NCBI GenBank assembly: GCA_963676795.2
Contig: CAXXTB010000002.1
Span: forward strand, 608,001 to 672,000
Direction: 5' to 3'
Length of the DNA stretch: 64,000 bases
DNA from: Geopsychrobacteraceae bacterium
GTDB taxonomy: Bacteria > Desulfobacterota > Desulfuromonadia > Desulfuromonadales > Geopsychrobacteraceae
This document shows, piece after piece, positions 40,791-52,430 of this stretch; positions within the stretch are counted from its first letter, which is position 1; each line of letters opens with the position of its first letter. The notes under the pieces are model-generated. The model ran no database searches. It saw only the letters and a list, made by a program, of their open reading frames with translations, and was not told the origin of the DNA. The position numbers and the translations under genes were made by a program.

Positions 40791-43267
40791 GAATTCTGTC
40801 CGTCATTTTTCTTCTGTTGGCACTGTTTCCCGTTGCTGGGTTGGCGGCAGATTCTACCGATAGCAACAGCTCTGCAGTGGTTGAGGTGGCCGTCCCGGCG
40901 GCGCTGCCCGGCTTCAGCGAGCTGGGGGGGCGCAGCGCGACACTTGCCGATTTTGTCGCAAAGTCAATGGAGTTGCTGGTCGGTTACAGTGATACGACAA
41001 AGTTGGTCGCTGATTTTACCAGTCTGAACGCCCAGCTGAATGAATTACAGACCGAGGTGGCCGAGCTGGGGGATCCTGAGACCTGGTACGTTGATCGGCT
41101 GACCCAGTACATTTCTCTCTACAGCCAGCTGCGCCAGCAGTTTGCTGCCCTGCAGCAGAAGCTCTCAAGCCGCCTGGAAGATACGGTGCGGATGCGCGGT
41201 CAGTGGAGTGATTACAATGCTTTCTGGAACGACTGGGCGGCGGCCCTGGCGAAGCAGCAGCTGAGCATTCCTGCGCAGACTTTGGCCCAGGTCAATCAAC
41301 AGCTCAGTCGCCTGGATAAACAGCTGCAGACGACAACCACAGAGCTGCTGGACTTTCAGGACCAGGTTGCTGCCCCTCTGGCCAGTCTTTACGCGGCGAG
41401 CGATCGCCTAAACCAGGAACTGGAAAAGCTGCGTCAGGCGACCTTCCGCAAAAACACCAGCTCCTTTTTTTCGGCAGTCTTCTATCGCCAGTTTGACGGA
41501 ACCCTGCTGACACAGCTGAAAAGCGGAGTGCGGGCGGCCTGGAAGATCGACCTGGACTTCATTAACGAAAAGGGGCTGTTGATCGTCCTTGCCCTGATTC
41601 TGCTGCTGGCTTGCTGGGGAATCCTTTATTATTATCGCAACCGTTTTGATGACGCTGAAGACTGGCAATTCATTTTGCGTCATCCGCTGGCTGCGTCGAT
41701 CTTTGTCGCGCTGGTCCTGTTCTGGCTGGTGGCCCAGCCACTGCCGCCGCTGCTCCGTTTTGCCCTGCTTATCTGGTTGGTTATCGCAGCGACACGAATG
41801 GCTGTCATGCTGGTGGAAAACCGGCGCCAGGGGTTGGTCTTAAGTCTTGCTGCGCTGGTTTTTCTGGTCACTTCCGGTTTTCAGCTGATCGCCTTGCCTC
41901 AAGTCCTGTTCCGGGTTTACCTTGCCCTGCTGGCGCTGATTTTCATCCCTCTGCTGCGTCAGCAGATACGAATTTCCCGTCAGCGGCGCGGGGCGAGGGA
42001 AGGGCGTCTGTTTCGTTGCATTCTCGGTCTGGCGATAGTCGTTCTGGGCTTGAGTCTGATTGCCCAACTGGCCGGCTACATCAATTTTTCCACCTGGTTG
42101 ATTCAGGCGGCCTTTGAAACCGGGCTGGTCATTCTTTTCGGCCGGATGCTGCTGCTGATCAGTCAGGGGGCTATCGGTGTGCTGCTCAAAGGGTTGATCG
42201 GTTCGCGCCGCCAGTTTGTCGCACGTTACGGCAGCCAGCTGGCCGTGCGTCTGAAGCGATTGCTGCGTGTCGTGATAGTCGTTGTTTCCATCCTCTATCT
42301 GTTGCCGGTCTGGCGTGTTTTTACCACCTTCAACGAGGCCTGGAGCGAGCTGGGAGCTTTGGGGATCAGTTTCGGCGACAGCCATATCACCCTGCAGATG
42401 GTGTTGATGGCGGTGATCGCCTTTTACCTGGCCTTTCAGGTCTCCTGGTTTCTGCAGGCCTTGAGCGATTCCCAGTTTTTTGCTCAGCGTCAGGTCGATC
42501 GCGGGGTCAGTGACGCGATTAAGAAGTTACTGCATTACGCGATTATCCTGATCGGCTTTCTGATCGCCCTCGGTTTCCTCGGTATGCATCTGCAGAATTT
42601 TGTGGTGCTGCTCGGTGCTTTCGGTGTCGGTATCGGTTTCGGACTGCAGGATATCGTCAATAACTTTCTGTCGGGGCTTATTCTGCTCTTCGAGCGCCCG
42701 ATCCGGATCGGTGATGTCGTTCAGGTTGATGGCGAATATGGCCAGGTTGTGCGCATCGGCCTGCGTTCTACCGTTGTCGAAAGCTTCAGTCGGGCTGAAC
42801 TGATCGTGCCGAACTCTCAGATTATTTCTCAGAAAGTCACCAACTGGACCCATTCGAGTCGCGGGGTTCGGGTTATTCTGCCTGTCGGTGTCGCCTATGG
42901 CAGTGATATTCAGAAGGTCCTGAGGATTCTGCGTCAGGTCGCCGACGGGCATGAGGATGTCGCCAGGGATCCGGCACCGCAGGTTATCTTCATGCAGTTT
43001 GGCTCCAGTTCTCTCGATTTTGAGGTGCGGGTCTGGATTGCCAATATCGATCAGCGCTGGGAAGTTCAGCATGATATCCTGCTGGAGATTGACCGGCTGT
43101 TCAGGGAACAAGGGGTCGAAATTCCGTTTCCTCAGCACGATCTTCATCTGCGCAGCGTCGGTCCGGGAGTTTTGGGCCCGCAGAAAGGGCTTGCGCCGGA
43201 AGATCCGGAAGGCGTGCCTGGGCAGGATGAGATTCCGGAGAACGGAGGCTCTCCCGCCAGTTCTTGA
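40781..43267 (+). CDS. Large MscS-family mechanosensitive channel
   Basis: Signal peptide, coiled coil, many TM helices, GIGFGLQDIVNNF, ERPIRIGD, IPFPQ. Confidence 0.92.
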   Translation: MVLRILSVIFLLLALFPVAGLAADSTDSNSSAVVEVAVPAALPGFSELGGRSATLADFVAKSMELLVGYSDTTKLVADFTSLNAQLNELQTEVAELGDPETWYVDRLTQYISLYSQLRQQFAALQQKLSSRLEDTVRMRGQWSDYNAFWNDWAAALAKQQLSIPAQTLAQVNQQLSRLDKQLQTTTTELLDFQDQVAAPLASLYAASDRLNQELEKLRQATFRKNTSSFFSAVFYRQFDGTLLTQLKSGVRAAWKIDLDFINEKGLLIVLALILLLACWGILYYYRNRFDDAEDWQFILRHPLAASIFVALVLFWLVAQPLPPLLRFALLIWLVIAATRMAVMLVENRRQGLVLSLAALVFLVTSGFQLIALPQVLFRVYLALLALIFIPLLRQQIRISRQRRGAREGRLFRCILGLAIVVLGLSLIAQLAGYINFSTWLIQAAFETGLVILFGRMLLLISQGAIGVLLKGLIGSRRQFVARYGSQLAVRLKRLLRVVIVVVSILYLLPVWRVFTTFNEAWSELGALGISFGDSHITLQMVLMAVIAFYLAFQVSWFLQALSDSQFFAQRQVDRGVSDAIKKLLHYAIILIGFLIALGFLGMHLQNFVVLLGAFGVGIGFGLQDIVNNFLSGLILLFERPIRIGDVVQVDGEYGQVVRIGLRSTVVESFSRAELIVPNSQIISQKVTNWTHSSRGVRVILPVGVAYGSDIQKVLRILRQVADGHEDVARDPAPQVIFMQFGSSSLDFEVRVWIANIDQRWEVQHDILLEIDRLFREQGVEIPFPQHDLHLRSVGPGVLGPQKGLAPEDPEGVPGQDEIPENGGSPASS

Positions 43268-43411
43268 CATAGAGGGGCTGATGCTGATAAATTGCCGCGT
43301 TCGGCCGGTGCCCGAAGTCGTTGCAGAAGATTGAAAGCGACTTCTTCCAATAGCATTATAAATTATCCGCCAGACGCAGGAATCTGCAGTTTGAGCGGAG
43401 CGGAGAAGGGG

Positions 43412-44698
43412 ATGCAGTTTTCCAACCCACAACCGGAAGCAGACCTGCCCAAAGGGGTACGTGACTTTCTGCCTCTCAAGGCAGCTAAACTCGAATACCT
43501 GGAACAGCAGTTGCGGGAAACCTATAACTCCTGGGGGTTTCGTCCCCTGATCCCGCCACAGCTGGAATATCTTGATGTTCTCGAACGTGGGCTCGGTGAC
43601 GGACTGCAGACGAGAACCTTCCGTTTTGACGATCGCCAAAGCAGCAGAATGCTGGCGTTCCCTCCGGATATCACGCCGCAGATTGCCCGTATTGTCGCAA
43701 CGCGGATGAGCGAAATGCAGTTGCCGTTGCGTCTCTGTTACAGCGGGCGGGCGTTGCAGCATGCGGAACAGCAGGCTGGCAAGGATCGCGAGATTTTCCA
43801 GTCCGGCGTCGAGCTGATCGGTCTGGACAGTCCGGAAGCCGATGCTGAAATGATCGCCATGGCGGTTGAGGCCTTGAGTTCTGTCGGTGCGGATGAATTT
43901 ACCATTGATATCGGCCAGGTCGAGTTCTTCCGTGGGGTCATGGATGGTCTTGATCTGGACAGCCGTTCAGCGGCGCTGATAGCCGATGCGATTTCCCGCA
44001 AGGATAATGCCGAGCTGGCCCGGCTGACCGAACAGGTCAATCTGTCGGAGCGGGCGCGTGAGGAAATCCTCGCACTGCCGCGCCTGTTTGGCGGCAAAGA
44101 AGTTCTCGAGCGAGCGCAGAAGTCGGTCAGTAACGATCGTTCGCGTCGGGCCTTGGATAGCCTGGCCCGTGTGCTGGAGGTGCTGGAAATCTACGGGGTT
44201 CTCGAGCATGTCACTATCGACCTGGGGGAGTTGCGCGGTCTGCAGTATCATACCGGCATTACCTTTCAGGGGTTTCTGCCCGGGGTCGGGCGCAGTGTAT
44301 GCAGCGGCGGACGCTATAACAATTTGACCGCGCAATACGGCTTTGAAGCTCCGGCAACCGGTTTTACCTTCAATCTGCTTCATCTGCTGTTTGCTCTCGA
44401 GCGGGTTCTCGACGAACGGGTCACCCCGAGCTGCGACCTGTTGATCTATTCCACAGGCATGGCACTGCGCAATGCCCAGGAGCTGGCCTGCAAGTTGCGC
44501 AAGCAGGGCTATTCGGTCGCGCGCGATATCATCGACCGCGGCCTTGATGAGGCGCTGAGTTACGCCCGGCAGATGAGCTACCGCAAGCTTGCGGTTGTCG
44601 GTGCCGATCAGAATATCGAGTTGATTGACCTGGAGAACGACAGCCGGCAGGTTGTTTCCATCGATTCTTTGCTGCAGCAGGGTTTGCCGCAAAAATAA
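43412..44698 (+). CDS. hisZ: ATP phosphoribosyltransferase regulatory subunit
   Basis: LPKGVRD, DITPQIAR, QSGVELIG, YHTGITF, GGRY; lies directly upstream of purA. Confidence 0.93.
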   Translation: MQFSNPQPEADLPKGVRDFLPLKAAKLEYLEQQLRETYNSWGFRPLIPPQLEYLDVLERGLGDGLQTRTFRFDDRQSSRMLAFPPDITPQIARIVATRMSEMQLPLRLCYSGRALQHAEQQAGKDREIFQSGVELIGLDSPEADAEMIAMAVEALSSVGADEFTIDIGQVEFFRGVMDGLDLDSRSAALIADAISRKDNAELARLTEQVNLSERAREEILALPRLFGGKEVLERAQKSVSNDRSRRALDSLARVLEVLEIYGVLEHVTIDLGELRGLQYHTGITFQGFLPGVGRSVCSGGRYNNLTAQYGFEAPATGFTFNLLHLLFALERVLDERVTPSCDLLIYSTGMALRNAQELACKLRKQGYSVARDIIDRGLDEALSYARQMSYRKLAVVGADQNIELIDLENDSRQVVSIDSLLQQGLPQK

Positions 44699-44704
44699 AG
44701 TTGA

Positions 44705-46054
<1,350 letters not shown>

Positions 46055-46073
46055 AAAATTAGCAAAAAAGAGG

Positions 46074-46103
46074 TTGACGCACCTCCGGAGTTTAACGTAT
46101 AAA
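46074..46103 (+). promoter_or_regulatory. Sigma70 promoter of tRNA operon 1
   Basis: TTGACG-N18-TATAAA with upstream A tracts. Confidence 0.65.
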
Positions 46104-46114
46104 GGCGTCCTCGT

Positions 46115-46190
46115 GAGCCGGTAGCTCAGTCGGTAGAGCATCTGACTTTTAATCAGATGGTCGTGGGTTCGATCCCCCCCCGGCTCACCA
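46115..46190 (+). tRNA. tRNA-Lys (TTT), copy 1
   Basis: Cloverleaf with anticodon loop CTTTTAA and CCA end. Confidence 0.97.
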
Positions 46191-46242
46191 TTTATAAGAA
46201 ACACCACTGCGGAGACATTTTCCGCAGGGACTTGAGTTATAA

Positions 46243-46320
46243 GTCCCTATCGTCTAGCCTGGCCTAGGACACCGCCCTTTCACGGCGGCGACGGGGGTTC
46301 GAATCCCCCTGGGGACGCCA
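46243..46320 (+). tRNA. tRNA-Glu (TTC), copy 1
   Basis: Cloverleaf with anticodon loop CTTTCAC and CCA end. Confidence 0.97.
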
Positions 46321-46382
46321 ACTAAACAAAAAGGCTCCAGCAAGAAATTTGCCGGGGCCTTTTTGTTTATCTGCCATTCGTC

Positions 46383-46508
46383 GGGATTCGAAACGGAACG
46401 AAGCGCCGACTTAATGTCGGAAGAGCGGCCATGGATGGCCGCGTTAGCGAGTGCAGGAGGGCCTGCGCAGCCTTGAACGTGATGTTCAAGGCGAAGTAGG
46501 CGAATCCC
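46383..46508 (+). repeat. Structured tRNA-linked repeat, copy A (full)
   Basis: GGGATTCG...CGAATCCC closing stem enclosing three hairpins; homologous to 53620-53744. Confidence 0.8.
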
Positions 46509-46570
46509 CTTGTAATTCCATTCAGTAGAGAACATTTTCTCGTTGTCTCTTTATGTCGGCACTTTTCTTC

Positions 46571-47545
46571 TCACTCCTCCATACGCAGGACAACTTTACC
46601 AACCTGCTCGTTCGAGCGCATATAGGCAAGCGCTTCTGGCAGTTGCGTGTAGCTGTAGGTCCTGTCGATCATCGGTTGCAGCCTGCCATCAGCGTATGCC
46701 GGCCAGATGTCTTTGATAAAATCATGCACCATGAGAGCGTTTTCTTCGGCGCTGCGCATTTTATTGGAAACCCCGAAGAGGGACAGCCGTTTGGCATGTT
46801 GCTGGCTGATATCCAACTCGACTCTGGTTATGCCATCGACATAGCCAACAGTGCCCATTCTGCCCTGATAGCCGAGCAGCTCGATGCAGTCCGCGAACAG
46901 ACTGCCGCCCACGGTATTGACCACCAGGTCGACGCCTTTGCCGTCTGTCTGTTTTCTGATCTGTTCTTTCATCTCTTCGTTTTGCAGGACGCCGATATCG
47001 AGCCCGTATTTTTTCAGTTTCTCCAGTTTGTCAGCTGAGCGTGATGTGCCGATCACTCTGGCGCCGAACAATTTGCCGATCTGCATGGCGGCAACGCCGA
47101 CTCCTGACGAGATACCGGTAATGAGTAGCCATTCTCCCGGTTTGAGATGACCGTTGACGCGGATAATATCGTAGGCTGTCTGGTAGGTGATGGCAGTCGT
47201 TGAGGCGGCATCCCAGTCCATCCCCAGCGGGACGGCCATGACCTGGTCGGCGCGCATAATGGCATACTCTGAGAAAGCCATACGCGCCCGGCCCATAACC
47301 GAGGTCGCAATGAGTTTTTGCGGGACATTGACTCCGATGCTGACAACTTTTCCGGCACATTCGATACCGCAGGGTTTCGCAGTCTGGGGCGCCGTATCCT
47401 TGGTGCTGATGGTAAATTCGCCGCGGTTCAATGCGGCAGCTTTGACTTCAACAAGCAGTTCTCCGTGGCCAGGTTCCGGTATCGGAACGTCGCACAGTTC
47501 CAGTGTTCCGCCGCTGGCATCTTTCTGAAAAAACCAGGATCTCAT
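46571..47545 (-). CDS. MDR-family NAD(P)H:quinone oxidoreductase-like protein
   Basis: VKAAALNRGE, GISSGVGVAA Rossmann motif, GKVVL. Confidence 0.88.
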   Translation of the reverse strand: MRSWFFQKDASGGTLELCDVPIPEPGHGELLVEVKAAALNRGEFTISTKDTAPQTAKPCGIECAGKVVSIGVNVPQKLIATSVMGRARMAFSEYAIMRADQVMAVPLGMDWDAASTTAITYQTAYDIIRVNGHLKPGEWLLITGISSGVGVAAMQIGKLFGARVIGTSRSADKLEKLKKYGLDIGVLQNEEMKEQIRKQTDGKGVDLVVNTVGGSLFADCIELLGYQGRMGTVGYVDGITRVELDISQQHAKRLSLFGVSNKMRSAEENALMVHDFIKDIWPAYADGRLQPMIDRTYSYTQLPEALAYMRSNEQVGKVVLRMEE

Positions 47546-47597
47546 CTTTGGACCTCAAACGGATTGGAGTTTTCCTATCAATGATGGCTCTTTTTGG

Positions 47598-48959
47598 TCA
47601 GTGTCCAGCGAGAAAAGTCTGCAGTTCGCGGATGTTTTCCAGCTTCTCCAGCTCGTTGATCCGTTGAATAATCGCTTCAGTGGCCTCCACGCCGAGCACT
47701 GTTGACATCAGGTGGCGCGCCTTGTCGTTGACTCTTGCGGTATCCATCGGGTTCTCCTTGGTACCGGGGGCATGACTGGTGAAATGGTTGAATGTCGTTC
47801 CATCGATCAGGGTGACTTCAACCAAGCCGCTGCGGGGAGCGTCCCGATTCATCAGTTTGCGGTCAGGGATCAGTTCAACCCGTTCTTTGATGGCCATGAC
47901 CCGGGGGTCGGACATCTTGGCATAGGAGTGACTGTCGTCGAAGGACACCGTTCCTTCGACGAGGGCAACGGAGATGATATGCTGGCAATTGACGTCCGGC
48001 ATCGAACGATTGTTGACGATACGGGCACCGTCTTCCGGTAGACGCAGGACGATTTTTGCCACATTCTCAGGGGTCAGCTGATGCTTGTGGTAGAGGGTCA
48101 GAAATGCGTCAAGAGGAGCCTGGATCGGGTAGCCGACAGAAAATGGCTTGATTGCTGTTTCGGTGATATAGAAACGTTGCCCCAGGTCGGCGACCATCTC
48201 TTCGGGGGTCGGTTCAGAAGATAGGGCCGCAAAGGCATTGTGCTCACCGTCAAACACGTCCCAGACGCCGCTGAATCCCATCTGTGCCATGATGGCGGCG
48301 GTGACACCGTTGCGCGCCCCCATACCGGAAAAATCGAAGGCTTTTTCGACGTGTTCAGCGTCACGCACCCAGCTCCAGATGCCGGACACCTGCTGTGCCG
48401 CGTAGGAGAGGGCGTGGCGCATTCCTTTTTCGTCAAGTCCTGCTATGGCAGCAGCGGCACCGACGCTGGCCAGGGTTGAGCTGGTGCCCTCGGCACTGCG
48501 GTGATTGGCCCTGACCTGATCGGCACCGAGTGCCAGCAGGAAACGGCAGCAGAGATCATAACCGAGAGTGACTGCCCGCAGCAGGTCTGTTCCGGTGCTT
48601 CCCTGCCGTTCCGCCATGGCGAGTGCTGCCGGGATAACCGCACAGCCCGGATGGGCCTTGGTGCGTGGATGGAAATCATCGGTTTCATCGGCGTGGGCAA
48701 ACATCGCATTGGCCAGGGCGGCGTTTATCGCTGTCGTCATGATGTCTGTGGTAACGACTGTCGCTTCTGGGGTTCCGCCTTGGGTACGGGTATATTTGAT
48801 GGCCATTTCGCCAGGCTTGAGATGTGCTCCCGAGACCATGGCGGCCAGGGTATCCAGGATGCGGTGCTTGGCGGCCAATATGACGTCAGGGGGGAGCTCT
48901 GCAGAACGTGCTTTTACCATGTATTGAGCCAGCCGGCCGGTAATGTCAGTATTGCTCAT
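47598..48959 (-). CDS. MmgE/PrpD-family protein
   Basis: ILDTLAA, AALANAMFAHADETDDFH, HPGC, IKPFSVG; SD GGAGG before ATG 48959. Confidence 0.9.
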   Translation of the reverse strand: MSNTDITGRLAQYMVKARSAELPPDVILAAKHRILDTLAAMVSGAHLKPGEMAIKYTRTQGGTPEATVVTTDIMTTAINAALANAMFAHADETDDFHPRTKAHPGCAVIPAALAMAERQGSTGTDLLRAVTLGYDLCCRFLLALGADQVRANHRSAEGTSSTLASVGAAAAIAGLDEKGMRHALSYAAQQVSGIWSWVRDAEHVEKAFDFSGMGARNGVTAAIMAQMGFSGVWDVFDGEHNAFAALSSEPTPEEMVADLGQRFYITETAIKPFSVGYPIQAPLDAFLTLYHKHQLTPENVAKIVLRLPEDGARIVNNRSMPDVNCQHIISVALVEGTVSFDDSHSYAKMSDPRVMAIKERVELIPDRKLMNRDAPRSGLVEVTLIDGTTFNHFTSHAPGTKENPMDTARVNDKARHLMSTVLGVEATEAIIQRINELEKLENIRELQTFLAGH

Positions 48960-49056
48960 ATGTCTATCCTCCATCGTCCCGCATATGTAGTCGGGGCTGC
49001 ATTTTCTTGATAAATGTAGGAATGGCTGTCGTTAAGCGACACCCATTCAGGCTGGT

Positions 49057-50562
49057 TTAGTTGGTGTCATTCGTTCGCTTTCCCTTGAACAGGGTGTTGA
49101 GAACCGGAGCGACGAGGGCAGTTATGGTGCAGAGGATCAGGATCAGTGATGCCGGCTTCGACAGCAGATAAAAGAGGCTGCCGCCGCCGAGCTCCATGGT
49201 TCTGAGCAGATTCTCCTCGATGATCTTGCCCAGGATAATGCCGATGACCGCCGGAATGACCGGAAAGCCGAACCGCTGCAGGGCAAACCCGAGGATTCCC
49301 GCACCGCCCATGACGCACAGGTCGAACCAGCTGAATTTGAGACTGAAGATCCCGAGGACCGAGAGAACAATGACCAGCGGGATGATCAGGTTCTTGTCGA
49401 TGGTTGTGACCTTGCCCAGGATGCGGACCATGCTCAGGCCGATGATGATGATCATGATCTCGGAAACGATCAGGCCGAGAAAGAGTGCAAGTGTGATCAC
49501 ATAACCCTGCCCCTGGAACATGCTCATCCCGGGCCGTAGTCCGTGGATCAGCATGGCCGCCAGAAGGATTGCCGTCGTCGCGCTGCCGGGGATGCCGAAC
49601 AATATCGTCGGCATCAGTGCCCCTTTGATGGCGGCATTGTTCGCCGATTCAGTGGCGACCAGTCCCTTGGGGTTGCCCTTGCCGAATGAGGTCTTGTCTG
49701 CGGATGAGCGAACGGCTTCTCCGTAGGCGACGAAGGTCGCGACCGTACCGCCTGTTCCGGGCATGCTGCCGATCAGAAATCCTATAACCGAACTTTTCAG
49801 GATCGTTGCCCAGTTCCTGAAGGTCGTTCTGACGCCGTCCAGGCGTTTCCCGCCAAGGGTTGCTCGATCTGAGATCTGGCTTTTGTCCTCTCCCTTGAGC
49901 TGGGCCATCGTCGCGACTCCGAACAGACCAAGGAGGACCGGAAGGAAGGAGATCCCGTCATAGAGAGTGAGGGCTCCAAAGGTATAACGGACATCGGCGC
50001 TGGCCCCTGGGGCGATGCCGATTGTTGTGATGGCCAGACCAAAAAATCCGGAAATGATCGCTTTGTAATAGGAGCCTTTTGAAACCATCGCAATCAGGAC
50101 GATGCCAAGGATGCCGAGGAGGAAATATTCCGGGGTTCCGAACAGCATCAGGAAGCTGAGCATGAAGACCGAAAAAAACATGCCGATAATCGAACCGAGT
50201 ATCCCGCCAAGTGTTGAGGATGAGGCTGAGATGGATAGGGCTGAGATCGCCTTCCCTTGCTGGGCCATCGGGTAGCCTTCAATCGTCGATGCGGCAGCGG
50301 GGCCGTCGCCCGGGGTATTGATCAGGATCGAAGAAATACTGCCGCCGTACATGGCACCATCGTAAAGGGTAACCATAAACAAGAGTGCTTTGAGTGGGTC
50401 TATGTAAACCGTAAAGGGGAGCGCGAGGGCACAGCCCAGTGCCGGGCCGATGCCCGGGATCGCTCCGATGATGATCCCGCAAACAGTTCCGGTGAAGATC
50501 CAGATGAGGATTTCCGGTGTGGTGACAACCTGTAATGCCTGCCAAAGAGTATCCCAAAACAT
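49057..50562 (-). CDS. tctA: Tripartite tricarboxylate transporter, large permease TctA-like
   Basis: GAIPGIG, YGGSISSILINTPG, ESANNA, GIPGS. Confidence 0.92.
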   Translation of the reverse strand: MFWDTLWQALQVVTTPEILIWIFTGTVCGIIIGAIPGIGPALGCALALPFTVYIDPLKALLFMVTLYDGAMYGGSISSILINTPGDGPAAASTIEGYPMAQQGKAISALSISASSSTLGGILGSIIGMFFSVFMLSFLMLFGTPEYFLLGILGIVLIAMVSKGSYYKAIISGFFGLAITTIGIAPGASADVRYTFGALTLYDGISFLPVLLGLFGVATMAQLKGEDKSQISDRATLGGKRLDGVRTTFRNWATILKSSVIGFLIGSMPGTGGTVATFVAYGEAVRSSADKTSFGKGNPKGLVATESANNAAIKGALMPTILFGIPGSATTAILLAAMLIHGLRPGMSMFQGQGYVITLALFLGLIVSEIMIIIIGLSMVRILGKVTTIDKNLIIPLVIVLSVLGIFSLKFSWFDLCVMGGAGILGFALQRFGFPVIPAVIGIILGKIIEENLLRTMELGGGSLFYLLSKPASLILILCTITALVAPVLNTLFKGKRTNDTN

Positions 50563-50619
50563 AGTGAAGTTCCTTCTCGTTGCAATGGCTTTTGGATGAA
50601 AACGTAACCGACACTGGAT

Positions 50620-51165
50620 TTACGGGAATGAGAGAAGAGCCCCCCTGTCAAAGTGATAGCCGAAGGCAGTGTCAAAAAGGTAAACCATGCCCAGCAGGAC
50701 AATGATCAGGACAATGTTGCCCAGGAGGCTTTTAGGCTTGAATGACCTGCTGAAATGAAGATGGATCAGTAGAAATGCCAGTGTCGACAGGTAGAACCCG
50801 ACCAGGTACGAAACAACAATATAGAGAAAGACGGCAATAAACAGGGCGTACGAGATGATCGTTGCACGCTTTTCGTTATCCTTTTTGAGTTGCCTGGCTG
50901 GTTCACTGAGCTCTTTACTTTCTTTTATTGCTGGAGCCCCGCGGATGACGTCGTTGACTTTAGGCGGCAGGTAGCCACGCATAATGTAGAGCAGGGTCAT
51001 TACGAATCCGGGAATTGCCAGCACGTACGGGAAGAATCTCGCGGTAGGCTCGAAGTTCTTTGCGCCAATGATCAATAGTAGAAAAAAAATCGAAATCAGC
51101 AGGCAGAGCAGCAATTCTTCCGTCTTGAATTTTGTTCCGGCGATCTTCATTCGGTTTATCCTCAT
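50620..51165 (-). CDS. tctB: TTT small permease TctB-like
   Basis: Several TM helices with an 'ARFFP' motif; lies between tctA and tctC. Confidence 0.75.
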   Translation of the reverse strand: MRINRMKIAGTKFKTEELLLCLLISIFFLLLIIGAKNFEPTARFFPYVLAIPGFVMTLLYIMRGYLPPKVNDVIRGAPAIKESKELSEPARQLKKDNEKRATIISYALFIAVFLYIVVSYLVGFYLSTLAFLLIHLHFSRSFKPKSLLGNIVLIIVLLGMVYLFDTAFGYHFDRGALLSFP

Positions 51166-51192
51166 TGCTCAGATAAAGCTTTGTTGCCCAAG

Positions 51193-51235
51193 CTCCGCGC
51201 TTCTTTCCGTGCATAATTAGGAAAGAAGCGCGGAG
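51193..51235. terminator. 16-bp perfect stem between tctC and tctB (stabiliser or partial terminator)
   Basis: ctccgcgcttctttcc...ggaaagaagcgcggag. Confidence 0.65.
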
Positions 51236-51287
51236 AGCCATAGTCTTCATGAAGAAAGAAAAAATCTGTGACTTGCCGTAATAGCCT

Positions 51288-52322
51288 TTAGCCCTTGTTA
51301 TTCTTGACGATTGAGCGCAGATCGATTTCTGCGGCGACCTTGAGGGAATCCTTGATCGCTTTCTCTGCTTCCGCTCCGGTTCCGTATGGCGGTTTCATGT
51401 TCAGTGATTTGTAGTGAGCTGCGACGACCGGGTTATCCTGGGCCTTGGTGAAAGCCTTTTCGAGGATCTGCTGGATGTCTGCCGGCAGTCCAGGAGGAGC
51501 GTAGATCGATCTCAGGAAGAGACATTCTTTGAGTGGATCTTTCCCGAGTTCTATCAGGGATGGCGTGTCGGGGAATGTTTCGACCCGTTCTTCCTGGCCG
51601 ATAATGGCGAGAATTCTCAGGCGCCCCTCGGCAAAACCGTCGGCTGCTGAGGCAGCAGTGACAACACCGACCTCGACTTCATTGCGATAGAGAGCAGCAA
51701 TGACTTCGGATGTCCCTTTGTAGGCGACATACTGCGACCAATCAAGGTTGAAGCGGCGTTTCATCAATAGGCTTGCCACATGCCAGCCGGTACCGATGCC
51801 GAGTGACGCGATGATTTTCAGCTTACTGCTCTTGTAGGCATTGAAGACGTCGTCGAATGTTTTGTAGGGGGAGTTGGCACTGACGGCTATAACGCCAGGT
51901 TCTCTGGCAAAGACGCTGAGGCCAACAAATTTTTCAATATCGAAACCTGGCTGGTGAATGTACCAGGCCCATGGGGTTGATGGCGGGTTGAAGGAGACGA
52001 GTGTGTAGCCATCTGGCTTGGCGCTAAAGGCGGTGCCGACCCCACGTAGTGACGCTGCGCCTGGTAGGTTGTTGACATTGACTGGGACGTTGAGGATTTC
52101 TTTTGAAGCAGCTGCGACGGCAAGTGTTCTTGCCCAGATATCTGTGCCACCACCAACGGAGAATGGCAGGATGATGTCAATCGGGTTGTTGGGGTAGGTG
52201 GTCTCTGCCGCAAAGGCTAATCCCTTGGGCAGCCCCAGTGCCAGGCTCCCTAATCCTATTGAAGTGGTTTTGATGAAATCTCTGCGGGTCATGCTAGAAA
52301 ACAATTTGCGCTCATCTTTCAT
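51288..52322 (-). CDS. tctC: TTT substrate-binding protein (TctC/Bug) with Tat signal
   Basis: TRRDFIK twin-arginine motif; YPNNPIDIILPFSVGGGTD, KPDGYTL. Confidence 0.92.
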   Translation of the reverse strand: MKDERKLFSSMTRRDFIKTTSIGLGSLALGLPKGLAFAAETTYPNNPIDIILPFSVGGGTDIWARTLAVAAASKEILNVPVNVNNLPGAASLRGVGTAFSAKPDGYTLVSFNPPSTPWAWYIHQPGFDIEKFVGLSVFAREPGVIAVSANSPYKTFDDVFNAYKSSKLKIIASLGIGTGWHVASLLMKRRFNLDWSQYVAYKGTSEVIAALYRNEVEVGVVTAASAADGFAEGRLRILAIIGQEERVETFPDTPSLIELGKDPLKECLFLRSIYAPPGLPADIQQILEKAFTKAQDNPVVAAHYKSLNMKPPYGTGAEAEKAIKDSLKVAAEIDLRSIVKNNKG

Positions 52323-52430
52323 AATGAACCTCCTCGCCGTCTTTGGCTATGCTGTGAATTGTTTTAAAGCTAGAACATTTCTCCTTATGTTATTCATCGG
52401 TTACCGCCCTAGTGTCCTGCGAGGTATGGC

